From assembly GCF_963921235.1 (NCBI RefSeq), contig NC_086097.1, positions 93,808,001-93,872,000 of the forward strand: DNA of 64,000 bases, written 5' to 3'. Below the pieces are notes generated by a model. That model saw nothing but the letters and a program-made list of their open reading frames with translations. It had not been told where the DNA came from and did not search any database. This DNA comes from Mobula hypostoma (Eukaryota). Made by a program: the position numbers and the translations under genes. Positions 26,391 through 38,244 of the stretch are shown one piece after another. Every line of letters begins with the position of its first letter. Position 1 is the stretch's first letter.

Positions 26391-27059
26391 GCCATCCATT
26401 TTTGCCATATCCATAGCTTTTGACTGTTTTTTTTCCCCGAGGCTGAGTTGCTAGCACGACACCCAACCCAGCACAGATGGAAAGCCTGCAAGGGGCTGGC
26501 CGGATTCAAACTCGGTACCATTTGCCTCAAAGTCCAGTGCTGATGCCACTACACCACTGGCCAGCTAATTGGCAGTGATTGGTAGTAGCTTTCTCCACAG
26601 TGCCCACTCTGAAGCTTTCCACCATGGACAGAACTGAGGGCAGGGGAGAGCCACGCAGCCAGACAAGTAGGGGGGAAGCGGCTGCTTCCATCATACCCAG
26701 CAGGAGGTGATGAGTGAGAGCACAGGATCTGGGCCACCCGGATCCGATAGTCTCACTCGTCACTCCTTGCTATTCGACCGACAGTAGCTGGAACAGACGC
26801 TGCCAGTCCCTAGCTGTGGCCACAATCAGAGCTCAGCCCCGAGTCCCATTCGCAGTGCTTTGCGGCTGCCTCACCCACGCAAGACCCCTAAACTCTGCCC
26901 CCTGACGGGCAGTCCCTCCTCACCGAGCCATGGGAGGTTCACTGTGGGGCAGAACCAGCAGAAGGCAGTTTCCTTGCACAACCCGTCAGTAAAATATATA
27001 CAAAAGACCCTTTCAGTGCTGATGACATGAGCGCTCTTGTCCCTGAGGATGAATCGGGA

Positions 27060-27310
27060 GCAACACACACAAAATGCTGGAGGAACTCTGCAGCTCAGGC
27101 AGCATCTATGGAGGGGAATAAATGGCCGACGCTTCTAGCTGAGCCCCTTCATCAGGACCAGAATAAGAAGGTGGGGAGGGGAAGGAGTACAAGCAGGCAG
27201 GTAATAGGTGAGGGGGAAGGTGGAAGCGGATAGGTGAAAGAGATGAAAAGCTGAAGAAGAAGGAATCTATTAGGAGAGGACAGTGGACCACAGGAGAAAG
27301 GGAAGGAATC
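27060..27310 (-). mobile_element. Penelope-derived terminal fragment
   Basis: CAACACACACAAAATGCTGGAGGAACT arm; minus-strand CTGATGAAGGGGCTCAGCTAGAAG hammerhead-like remnant. Confidence 0.65.
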
Positions 27311-27420
27311 CTGAGAGCTCTGCAGAGCATCAATGTAATTATTGTGATGGGGGACAGTACCGAGAGTTTTGGTCTCCATTGGTAATGTTAACCTTTGACC
27401 CTCTCTCCCCGCCAATACAG

Positions 27421-27681
27421 ACAGCGGACCTGCCAAAGAGACTGGATTCGGACAACAGTCGTGCCCCTCGGCCTCGGGGCCGCTGGTCCCATCATGTCAA
27501 TAACCTGGACCTGAGTGTGAAGTCAATGCTGGACCTGCGACACTTGCACTCCTTCTCCTACTCACCCCTGATGGACCCCGTCTCCCAGGCGGAAGCCTCG
27601 CCTCTCAGGAGCAGCGTGTGCGGCCTCCCCACTGAGCATGAACGCAGGCTGCGGGTCAGCGTAGAAACGCTGCTGAGTGAC
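27421..27681 (+). CDS. MAPKBP1: MAPKBP1 coding exon TADLPKRLDSDNSRAPRPRGRWSHHVNNLDLSVKSMLDLRHL...VETLLSD
   Basis: ccaatacag|ACA ... GAC|gtgagt; phase 0 to 0; matches MAPKBP1 PRRRGRW..ELSVRSMLDLRQL. Confidence 0.9.
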
Positions 27682-29537
27682 GTGAGTGTTTATCACCTTG
27701 GAAGAGTTTCCCACCTGGATGGTTCCTTCACCCTTTCAGGCATGCTTTCCAGGCAGTAACTTCTCCCTGCCTTCTTCCATACAAACTCCTTATTAACTTC
27801 AGCTCTTATTAATTTTCCAGCACTAATTGATGCAGTTCTGGATTATATGCACAAAAAACATCATGATTTTGGTCACTGTTTTTCAATCTCCTTTTGATCT
27901 TCTCTGCACTTAAATGGATCAATTCTAGTCCAATAACTGAAGTCTCCCTGTAGTTGATCTTTTCTGCAGAATTTCCAAAGACTAGAAAAGTTCCTAAAGC
28001 TTAGATGCAGAGTATGTTAGCTGGACCTAATTAATGATTTACTAAGACTCAGCCCAATTTTCTAGTTAACGCTACTGGTTACAAAGTCAAGGATCCTAAA
28101 TTGCCAGTGGGGTACAGCATGTAGCCCACAAGCCAGATGTCTGTGTCCACCTGCCAACACTTGCTGCTCCCCTACGCAGCCTTGCCCTGAACAGTTTCTC
28201 AACACTGCCTCCTGAGCAGTGTGGAAAGCTTTCCTGCTGTGAATGACGGGTCCTGCTGACAGACATTCTGGCAACTTCTAGACAACGCACACAGCTTACA
28301 ACCCAGTGGTAAGAGCACTGAATTTTCCAATTTCAGATAACTCATACTTCCAGTGCTCTCCCCCCACAGCTAGTAACCTGTCCATGTAGTTTCCTCTTCC
28401 CTTTGTTCATCCTCGCCATCCCCTCCTGCACCTGATTCCATCACTCACCAACGCCTTCCTATCTAGATCCACTTATCTTTGGGGCTACCTCCCTTCATAT
28501 CTGCAATCTCTCCTGCTCTCCCTCTGTGCTGTTGCAGGATCACGACCAGGAACTTTGACATACACCTTTTGCTTCCGTAGATATTTCAAAACCCAAGGAG
28601 ATATTCCAGTTTTCCCAGGTAACAGAGCACAAAGTCGAGCAGTTAGTCAAAACATGATGATAATGAATCATTATTTTAACAGGTTAAAAATTATCAGCTT
28701 TTCCCAAAATTATAATATTAACATACTTAAAGATGCTAGAAAACACTTAAGAGCATTTAACTTTATTTAATTTATTTGTTTAAAAATTGAAGAGGTTCAG
28801 AAAAATTAATTCAAAGAAAAGGTAAACCATCTGATACTTCTTTTCCCCACACTGCCGCTCGCCATTGAAGTCAGAGGTTGCAGGAACTTAGTGCTCCTTC
28901 CAGTGGGTTTCACACTGTCAGCATCCGATAGAACGATAGCAGCCAGGACACTCGGGAGGTTTAGGACCTCCCTGTTTCGGAGCTTGACCTTGAGCAGTGG
29001 CTTGAGTTTGGAGCTCCTGGCAGAATGCTGTTTATAACTGTCTTCTCTATCTTATCTGTACCTTCATAGATCTTCAAGCTTACAGTCCCAAGTGCTTTTG
29101 TTGTAGAAATAGTGAGTTATTCTCCACACTAGTTCATATTGCTCATTCTGTTTTCCTATGAAAACATGAGGAAGAAGGTAAAGACTCATACCACCTGGTT
29201 CAGGAATAGTTATTACCCCTCGACCGTCAGGCTGTAAAACCAGAGGGGGTAACTTCACTCTCCCTACCCTGTGGCCTCACTTTCAAGGACTCTTCACCTC
29301 ATGATCTCGATATCTATTGCTTACTTATTTTTGTATTTGCACAGTTCGTTGTCGTTTGCACACTGGTTGTTTGTCTGCCCTGATGGGGGCGGTCTTTCAT
29401 TGATGCTATTATGCTTCTTGCACTTGCTGTGAATGCCCGCAAGAAGTTGAATCTCAGGGTTGTACAGTATATGGTGACGTAGATGTACTTTGAACATTGA
29501 ATTTTTGAACTTTGAAAATCTACTCTTCCATACCTGT

Positions 29538-31150
29538 CTGCAGCTAGTGCTGCTGCCTCACTGCACTAGGATCCCAAGTCCGATCCTGACCTCGGGTGCT
29601 GCCAGGGCAGGGCAGACATTTACACGTTCTCCCTGTTGGTTCACAGGGCAGAGACATTTACACGTTCTCCCTGTTGGTTCACAGGGCAGAGACATTTACA
29701 CGTTCTCCCTGTTGGTTCACAGGGCAGAGACATTTACACGTTCTCCCTGTTGGTTCACAGGGCAGAGACATTTACACATTCTCCCTGTTGGTTCACAGGG
29801 CAGACATTTACACGTTCTCCCTGTTGGTTCACAGGGCAGAGACATTTACACATTCTCCCTGTTGGTTCACAGGGCAGACATTTACACGTTCTCCCTGTTG
29901 GTTCACAGGGCAGAGACATTTACACATTCTCCCTGTTGGTTCACAGGGCAGAGACATTTACACATTCTCCCTGTTGGTTCACAGGGCAGACATTTACACG
30001 TTCTCCCTGTTGGTTTTCTCCAGGGCAGAGACATTTACACATTCTCCCTGTTGGTTCACAGGGCAGACATTTACACGTTCTCCCTGTTGGTTCACAGGGC
30101 AGAGACATTTACACATTCTCCCTGTTGGTTCACAGGGCAGAGACATTTACACGTTCTCCCTGTTGGTTCACAGGGCAGAGACATTTACACGTTCTCCCTG
30201 TTGGTTCACAGGGCAGAGACATTTACACATTCTCCCTGTTGGTTCACAGGGCAGAGACATTTACACATTCTCCCTGTTGGTTTTCTCCAGGGCAGAGACA
30301 TTTACACGTTCTCCCTGTTGGTTTTCTCCAGGGCAGAGACATTTACACATTCTCCCTGTTGGTTCACAGGGCAGACATTTACACGTTCTCCCTGTTGGTT
30401 CACAGGGCAGAGACATTTACACATTCTCCCTGTTGGTTCACAGGGCAGAGACATTTACACGTTCTCCCTGTTGGTTCACAGGGCAGAGACATTTACACGT
30501 TCTCCCTGTTGGTTCACAGGGCAGAGACATTTACACATTCTCCCTGTTGGTTCACAGGGCAGAGACATTTACACATTCTCCCTGTTGGTTTTCTCCAGGG
30601 CAGAGACATTTACACGTTCTCCCTGTTGGTTTTCTCCAGGGCAGAGACATTTATACGTTCTCCCTGTTGGTTTTCTCCAGGGCAGAGACATTTACACATT
30701 CTCCCTGTTGGTTCACAGGGCAGAGACATTTACACATTCTCCCTGTTGGTTCACAGGGCAGAGACATTTACACATTCTCCCTGTTGGTTCACAGGGCAGA
30801 CATTTACACGTTCTCCCTGTTGGTTTTCTCCAGGGCAGAGACATTTACACGTTCTCCCTGTTGGTTCACAGGGCAGACATTTACATGTTCTCCCTGTTAC
30901 TAAGACTTTGTAGGTTTACTTCAAATGTTCTGGTTTCCTCCCACATTCCAAAGGTGTGATGGTAGGTTAATTGGTTCCTTTAAATTTTTCCTAACTGTAG
31001 AAAGACTGGGTTTTGATGGGACCGATTGAGAGGGAATAAGTTGCAAGGATAATGGAAAACAAGGAGAGTGGGAATTGGACTGGCTGGATTGTTCTGTTGG
31101 GAGTTACAATGGATTTGAGCTGAATGCGCTCCTTCCGTGGCATGGTAATG
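29538..31150 (+). mobile_element. V-SINE-like element interrupted by an internal minisatellite expansion
   Basis: 5' part GCTGCTGCCTCAC..GATCCTGACCTCGGGTGCTG; after the array the SINE resumes (TTCTGGTTTCCTCCCACATTCCAAAGG..GGTAGGTTAATTGG). Confidence 0.7.
29608..30897. repeat. 38-bp minisatellite CAGGGCAGAGACATTTACACGTTCTCCCTGTTGGTTCA with 36- and 41-bp variants, about 34 copies
   Basis: Direct tandem repetition; all three + frames are stop-free, which explains the three long ORFs. Confidence 0.97.
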
Positions 31151-31865
31151 TCTTTATTCTGCCTGTTCTACTGGCTGGTGATATCTGTACTTTAACCATA
31201 TCTCTGATTTTTGTATTAACTGTGAAATTATCGATGTAAGTTTGTAGATTGTTACTGAAGGCTAACTTTTCTGCTCCTCCCATGCCCAAATCGCAGACCA
31301 AATCTGTTAGCAGGCGTTACCATTCATCCACCAGGACCACGTTTGTTTCAGGCAAGGATTGGGAGGTGGGGGGCGGGGTAGCACAATGTGGGGCCCTTAC
31401 AGCCACTCTCAACAGCGCCGGTGCCCCCGATGCCTCTCGACTCCCTCTGCTGGCAGGTTTGCCTTCCGTCCGGGCCCCTCATACCAGCATTCTCCACAGA
31501 CATCGATACGCTTCTTAACTCCAAACAAGCAACCACCCCCCTCTCCAACATCGTCATTCGTTGGGTCATCACTGATCTTGCCCTTGAACCCACTTCTGTG
31601 AAGTGCCTGCAATTGTGCTCCTTGCGCAGAGGAGCAGCGTGTTTTCCAGCCTTCAGTATCCTTTGGAAAGAACGCACATCCATCGCAAGTTCGTGTTCCT
31701 GACCAGGAGTCAAACAGCATGTCTTCCGTCTTCTTTTTTTTATAGTAAGAGGTTTCAGTTAAAGAGAACATGTTTTTATTTGTGCTTCCTGGAATGTAGT
31801 CTTTAATCCCTGAGGGATCATTGGGAGCATGGAGCCCTAGCCTGTTGCGTTTATCTCTCTGACAG

Positions 31866-32035
31866 ATAGAGGAGCAGGAGTCGACGCATGCACAGAGCTC
31901 TTCCTCGGTCAGGCCCAGCAGCATCGCACTGCCGTTGGGTGAGGTTGGCGATTTCGGCCAGGATCTGGAGACTCCAGAGGTTGAAGAGTGCGTCATATAC
32001 CCTGTACACACAGAGAGTGTTGCTGAGACTGAGAG
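31866..32035 (+). CDS. MAPKBP1: MAPKBP1 coding exon IEEQESTHAQSSSSVRPSSIALPLGEVGDFGQDLETPEVEECVIYPVHTESVAETE
   Basis: ctctctgacag|ATA ... AG|gtgagc; phase 0 to 2; GDFGQDLE..ECVIYP matches MAPKBP1 GVFAQDLE..DGIVYP. Confidence 0.88.
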
Positions 32036-33963
32036 GTGAGCGCCCCATCAGTGTCCGTGCGCAGACCAGGGGTGTAGAAGGTGAGCGCCCCATCAGTGTC
32101 CGTGCGCAGACCAGGGGTGTAGAAGGTGAGCGCCCCATCAGTGTCCGTGCGCAGCCAGGGGTGTAGAAGGTGAGCGCCCCATCAGTGTCCGTGCGCAGAC
32201 CAGGGGCGTAGAAGGTGAGCGCCCCATCGGTGTCCGTGCGCAGCCAGGGGTGTAGAAGGTGAGCGCCCCATCAGTGTCCGTGCGCAGACCAGGGGTGTAG
32301 AAGGTGAGCGCCCCATCGGTGTCCGTGCGCAGCCAGGGGTGTAGAAGGTGAGCGCCCCATCAGTGTCCGTGCGCATACCAGGGGTGTAGAAGGTGAGCGC
32401 CCCATCGGTGTCCGTGCGCAGCCAGGGGTGTAGAAGGTGAGCGCCCCATCAGTGTCCGTGCACAGCCAGGGTTGTAGAAGGTGAGCGCCCCATCAGTGTC
32501 CGTGCGCAGACCAGGGGCGTAGAAGGTGAGCGCCCCATCAGTGTCCGTGCGCAGCCAGGGGTGTAGAAGGTGAGCGCCCCATCAGTGTCCGTGGGCAGAC
32601 CAGGGGTGTAGAAGGTGAGCGCCCCATCAGTGTCCGTGGGCAGACCAGGGGTGTAGAAGGTGAGCGCCCCATCAGTGTCCGTGGGCAGACCAGGGGTGTA
32701 GAAGGTGAGCGCCCCATCAGTGTCCGTGGGCAGACCAGGGGTGTAGAAGGTGAGCGCCCCATCAGTGTCCGTGGGCAGACCAGGGGTGTAGAAGGTGAGC
32801 GCCCCATCAGTGTCCGTGGGCAGACCAGGGGTGTAGAAGGTGAGCGCCCCATCAGTGTCCGTGGGCAGACCAGGGGTGTAGAAGGTGAGCGCCCCATCAG
32901 TGTCCGTGGGCAGACCAGGGGTGTAGAAGGTGAGCGCCCCATCAGTGTCCGTGCGCAGACCAGGGGTGTAGAAGGTGAGCGCCCCATCAGTGTCCGTGGG
33001 CAGACCAGGGGTGTAGAAGGTGAGCGCCCCATCAGTGTCCGTGCGCAGACCAGGGGCGTAGAAGGTGAGCGCCCCATCAGTGTCCGTGCGCAGACCAGGG
33101 GCGTAGAAGGTGAGCGCCCCATCAGTGTCCGTGCGCAGACCAGGGGCGTAGAAGGTGAGCGCCCCATCAGTGTCCGTGCGCAGACCAGGGGCGTAGAAGG
33201 TGAGCGCCACATCAGTGTCCGTGGGCAGACCAGGGGCGTAGAAGGTGAGCGCCCCATCAGTGTCCGTGCGCAGACCAGGGGCGTAGAAGGTGAGCGCCCC
33301 ATCAGTGTCCGTGCGCAGACCAGGGGCGTAGAAGGTGAGCGCCCCATCAGTGTCCGTGCGCAGACCAGGGGCGTAGAAGGTGAGCGCCCCATCAGTGTCC
33401 GTGGGCAGACCAGGGGCGTAGAAGGTGAGCGCCCCATCAGTGTCCGTGCGCAGACCAGGGGCGTAGAAGGTGAGCGCCCCATCAGTGTCCGTGCGCAGAC
33501 CAGGGGCGTAGAAGGTGAGCGCCCCATCAGTGTCCGTGGGCAGACCAGGGGCGTAGAAGGTGAGCGCCCCATCAGTGTCCGTGGGCAGACCAGGGGCGTA
33601 GAAGGTGAGCGCCCCATCAGTGTCCGTGGGCAGACCAGGGGCGTAGAAGGTGAGCGCCCCATCAGTGTCCGTGCGCAGACCAGGGGCGTAGAAGGTGAGC
33701 GCCCCATCAGTGTCCGTGCGCAGACCAGGGGCGTAGAAGGTGAGCGCCCCATCAGTGTCCGTGCGCAGACCAGGGGCGTAGAAGGTGAGCGCCCCATCAG
33801 TGTCCGTGCGCAGACCAGGGGCGTAGAAGGTGAGCGCCCCATCAGTGTCCGTGGGCAGACCAGGGGCGTAGAAGGTGAGCGCCCCATCAGTGTCCGTGGG
33901 CAGACCAGGGGTGTAGAAGGTGAGCGCCCCATCAGTGTCCGTGCGCAGCCAGGGGTGTAGAAG
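32034..33963. repeat. 45-bp minisatellite AGGTGAGCGCCCCATCAGTGTCCGTGCGCAGACCAGGGGTGTAGA with 43-bp variants, about 43 copies, starting at the exon donor
   Basis: Direct tandem repetition; the first unit overlaps the exon/intron junction. Confidence 0.97.
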
Positions 33964-34189
33964 CTGGGTGAACCCAGAGCATATTAGGGCATCTTCATTT
34001 GGAGATAAAAGACTGTTTGTGATGCCTTTGCGTCAGGTTGGTCAGTGCTCCAAAGCTAATGTTGGAATTAGACCTCACTTGTAAAGTCAGCGGGCAGTCC
34101 TACAGCACATAAACGGGTCCTTCAACTGACTGAATCCAGACCTGCCTTCGGCCATCTATCTATGTTAATTCTATGCTAATCCCATCTTA

Positions 34190-34640
34190 TTCTATGAACA
34201 ATCACCTCAACTACACCGCTTCCTATCTTGTCACTTGCAAGGATGCCATTCTCTTCTGCTCCTCTACCCTTGCACACCTGTTCTCATGAAGAGGCTTGCT
34301 AATCCAAGACATCTGAATTGTCATCATTTTTCTAAAAGCAAGGTGTCCCTACCACCGCCCTGCAATCAATGCAGCCCTCAACCACATCTTTCCTACTTTC
34401 TGCACACCGGCCCTCAGCCCTTTCCCTCTCCCCCTCCCCCTCCACAGATAGGGTTCCCCTTGTCCTCACCTAGCACCCCATCAGTTTTCTCACACAAATT
34501 ATCATTCTCTGAAACTTCCACCTTTTCCAGTGGGATCCCACCACCAGACATATCTTCCCTTACCCTTCCCTTCCCTCTCCTTTTTCCCAGAGGTCACTCT
34601 CTCCCTAACCCCCTGATCCCACTGACCCAACCCCAGGGTC
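34190..34640 (+). mobile_element. Degraded Penelope-like element fragment
   Basis: Resembles the Penelope post-RT linker (CAAGGATGCCATTC, GGGTTCCCCTTGTCCTCACCT..CACCCC). Confidence 0.55.
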
Positions 34641-34679
34641 CCTGAACATCCTCATGCTCTCTAAACATGGGGCCCTAAA

Positions 34680-34905
34680 CTCTTGGGAGATTGCCTGCCT
34701 GGTGTCAGTGGTCGCATAACCAGGACTTCTGATATGAACCAGCTGCTCATACGACCATCCACCACCTAGACCCCGTGGCTTCATGTGACCCTGATCGGGG
34801 GGCTAAGCAGGTGCTACACCTTGCCCAAGGGTGACCTGCAGGCTATCGGAGGGAAGGAGGGCCTCACACCTCCTTTGGTGGAAACGCTTGTCCACCCTGT
34901 CACCC
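34680..34905 (-). mobile_element. Partial copy of RTE-tailed SINE-like family
   Basis: Reverse complement of about 17150-17370. Confidence 0.75.
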
Positions 34906-35286
34906 AGGTAGGGGTCCATGGTATAAAAAGGATTAGGGACCCATTCATTTGAGCATTCCTAAAATCAATTTGAGGATGGATTATTGGAAGACTATGAGTA
35001 GTAGACTCTAGGGACATCAGTGTAAAGAGTGTCTTCACTGCATAGACCATGGTGGTTGAAGACAATGCCTCACTCCCATCTCTTAGGGATGGGTAATAAA
35101 TAAAGGTCTTACCAGTGATATCCTCGTGCTGTAGGTCACTTCCAAACAGTTCCTTTCCACTGGGGATGTATTACACTGCTAACTTGCAATATATACATTA
35201 ATTCTTTGTATCCTTGCCTTCTTGACGTGTGTTTAATTTGAGCCGGGTCTGGCAATATTAATGCTTGCCATTTCTCTCTCTGCCAG

Positions 35287-35432
35287 TGAGTACCAGGTGA
35301 AGGAGCTGCAGAAGGGGATGCAGGAGAAGGATTACTGCAGCCACGGCCTGGTGGAGAAACACAGTCCGGACAGTGCCTGTTCCGTGGATTATTCCAGCGG
35401 CCACTTCTCCAGCCCGGAACATCCACATGAAG
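35287..35432 (+). CDS. MAPKBP1: MAPKBP1 coding exon EYQVKELQKGMQEKDYCSHGLVEKHSPDSACSVDYSSGHFSSPEHPHE
   Basis: ctctgccag|T ... G|gtgaga; phase 2 to 1; EKHSPDSACSVDYSS..SSPEHP matches MAPKBP1. Confidence 0.96.
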
Positions 35433-36669
35433 GTGAGAGCCCAGCAGGCACTTTCAATCTGTGCTCATTACTACCACTGAGAGAGTGGATGTTTTGCTTT
35501 TCCCCTGTAAATCTCTGGTTAGATTTGAACATTATCAAGCGTAAGAGTCTGTCCATGGCTTTCCTGTCCTCATGACCTTCCCATCCTCATAAACCTCCAT
35601 CTTTCATCTTATGACCTTCCAATCCTCATAAACCTTCATCTTTCATCCTTATGTCATACATTCATAGAATATAGATCACAGAACAGGCTCATAGCCCCAG
35701 CCCATCCAAGCCATACAGGGGGCCCATCTAAGCTAGTCCCATTGCCCAAATCCCTCTAAAACTTTTCCTATCCATGTATTTTTTCTGATTTGCTTTAAAA
35801 TGTCATTATAATACCTGCCTCAAATATCTTCTCTGGCAGCTCGTTCCATGTATGCACCACGCTCTGTGTGAAGTTGCCCTGTAAATCTTCCCCCTCTGTC
35901 ATAACCCATGTTTTTGGTTCCCTTTCTCTGGGAAAGAGTCTGCATGCATATACCCTGTCTATAACCTTCATTGTACAGCTCTAGAAGATCAACAGTTCCA
36001 TTTAATATCAGAGAATGTGTACAATATACAACCTGAAATTCTTGCTCTCTGCAGACACCTTTGAAACAGAAGAAAAATAAACCCCCAAGAATGAATGACA
36101 GAACAAAGATGTAAAAACCCCAAACCCCCTTGCCCCCTCCCACGCCCAAGCGATAGCAGCAAGCAGCATCAACTCCCCGCACTTGCTCTAGCGTGAAGCA
36201 TCAGTGTTGCTATCACCCACCATGGCAGCAACAGCAAAGCCCCCAGAAAGAGGCCATGGTCTACAGTCCGTCAAAAAACTAACTGTTCACTCCAACAATG
36301 TTGACATCCACCAGCACATTCTCTCTCTCACTCTCTCTCTCTCTCTCTCTCTCACTATCAAGGGAGAGACAGATACTGCTCTACACAGTGACGGGGAGAT
36401 AACAGTCGCTATTTCAATTAGTCAGTCTGAAGCGTTGCTTTTTATTTCAAGGTCCCCGACTTGACAATCAGCAAACTGAGTACAGAGCCCTCCGACAGCC
36501 ACTCTCGCTGTCTTCAATATTCCGGCTCCTGCTACACCTCAGTACACAACACCAGTGAAAATTCATGTCCGCAGGGCTGCGCAGGCCCCACAGGCAGCCT
36601 CTGTGCCAAGGAATAAAGGGTTGATGGCAGGGTTAAGGGTGTAGAGGAACAAAGGTCCTGTATATTCTG

Positions 36670-38166
36670 TAAAACTCGTTAGATTCTGGACTAGTTCCTG
36701 AGGATTGGAGGGTGGCTAATGTAACCCCACTTTTTAAAAAAGGAGGGAGAGAGAAACCGGGGAATTATAGACCGGTTAGCCTAACGTCGGTGGTGGGGAA
36801 ACTGCTGGAGTCAGTTATCAAAGATGTGATAACAGCACATTTGGAAAGCGGTGAAATGATCGGACAAAGTCAGCATGGATTTGTGAAAGGAAAATCATGT
36901 CTGACGAATCTCATAGAACTTTTTGAGGATGTAACTAGTAGAGTGGATAGGGGAGAACCAGTGGATGTGGTATATTTGGATTTTCAAAAGGCTTTTGACA
37001 AGGTCCCACACAGGAGATTAGTGTGCAAACTTAAAGCACACAGTATTGGGGGTAAGGTATTGGTGTGGGTGGAGAATTGGTTAGCAGACAGGAAGCAAAG
37101 AGTGGGAATAAACGGGACCTTTTCAGAATGGCAGGCGGTGACTAGTGGGGTACCGCAAGGCTCAGTGCTGGGACCCCAGTTGTTTACAATATATATTAAT
37201 GACTTGGATGAGGGAATTAAATGCAGCATCTCCAAGTTTGCGGATGACACGAAGCTGGGTGGCAGTGTTAGCAGTGAGGAGGATGCTAAGAGGATGCAGG
37301 GTGACTTGGATAGGTTGGGTGAGTGGGCAAACTCATGGCAGATGCAATTTAATGTGGATAAATGTGAAGTTATCCACTTTGGTGGCAAAAATAGGAAAAC
37401 AGATTATTATCTGAATGGTGGCCGATTAGGAAAAGCGGAGGTGCAACGAGACCTGGGTGTCATTATACACCAGTCATTGAAAGTGGGCATGCAGGTACAG
37501 CAGGCGGTGAAAAAGGCGAATGGTATGCTGGCATTTATAGCAAGAGGATTCGAGTACAGGAGCAGGGAGGTACTACTGCAGTTGTACAAGGCCTTGGTGA
37601 GACCACACCTGGAGTATTGTGTGCAGTTTTGGTCCCCTAATCTGAGGAAAGACATCTTTGCCATAGAGAGAGTACAAAGAAGGTTCACCAGATTGATTCC
37701 TGGGATGGCAGGACTTTCATATGAAGAAAGACTGGATGAACTGGGCTTGTACTCGTTGGAATTTAGAACATTGAGGGGGGATCTGATTGAAACGTATAAG
37801 ATCCTAAAGGGATTGGACAGGCTAGATGCAGGAAGATTGTTCCCGATGTTGGGGAAGTCCAGAACGAGGGGTCACAGTTTGAGGATAGAGGGGAAGCCTT
37901 TTAGGACCGAGATGAGGAAAAACTTCTTCACACAGAGAGTGGTGAATCTGTGGAATTCTCTGCCACAGGAAACTGTTGAGGCCAGTTCATTGGCTATGTT
38001 TAAGAGGGAGTTAGATATGGCCCTTGTGGCTACAGGGGTCAGGGGGTATGGAGGGAAGGCTGGGGCGGGGTTCTGAGTTGGATGATCAGCCATGATCATA
38101 ATAAATGGCGGTGCAGGCTCGAAGGGCCGAATGGCCTACTCCTGCACCTATTTTCTATGTTTCTAT
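36670..38166 (+). mobile_element. Young 5'-truncated CR1/HER1-type LINE with an intact RT and C-terminal ORF (36712-38076)
   Basis: NYRPVSLTS, YLDFQKAFDKVPH, GVPQGSVLGP, FADD, RPHLEYCVQFWSP; 3' hairpin and (TTCTAT) tail. Confidence 0.95.
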
Positions 38167-38244
38167 ATCGAGGCTCACGTCCATGCATTCCTCAAAGGTG
38201 CAGTGCACGTTGATAGGGTGTTTAGGAAGGTGCATGTCGTGTTG

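Noticed and set aside
29490..30959. Three overlapping ORFs of 425-489 aa
   Set aside because: Produced by a stop-free tandem repeat inside a SINE; no protein-like features
32449..33932. Minus-strand ORFs of 253 and 464 aa
   Set aside because: Translations of the 45-bp minisatellite
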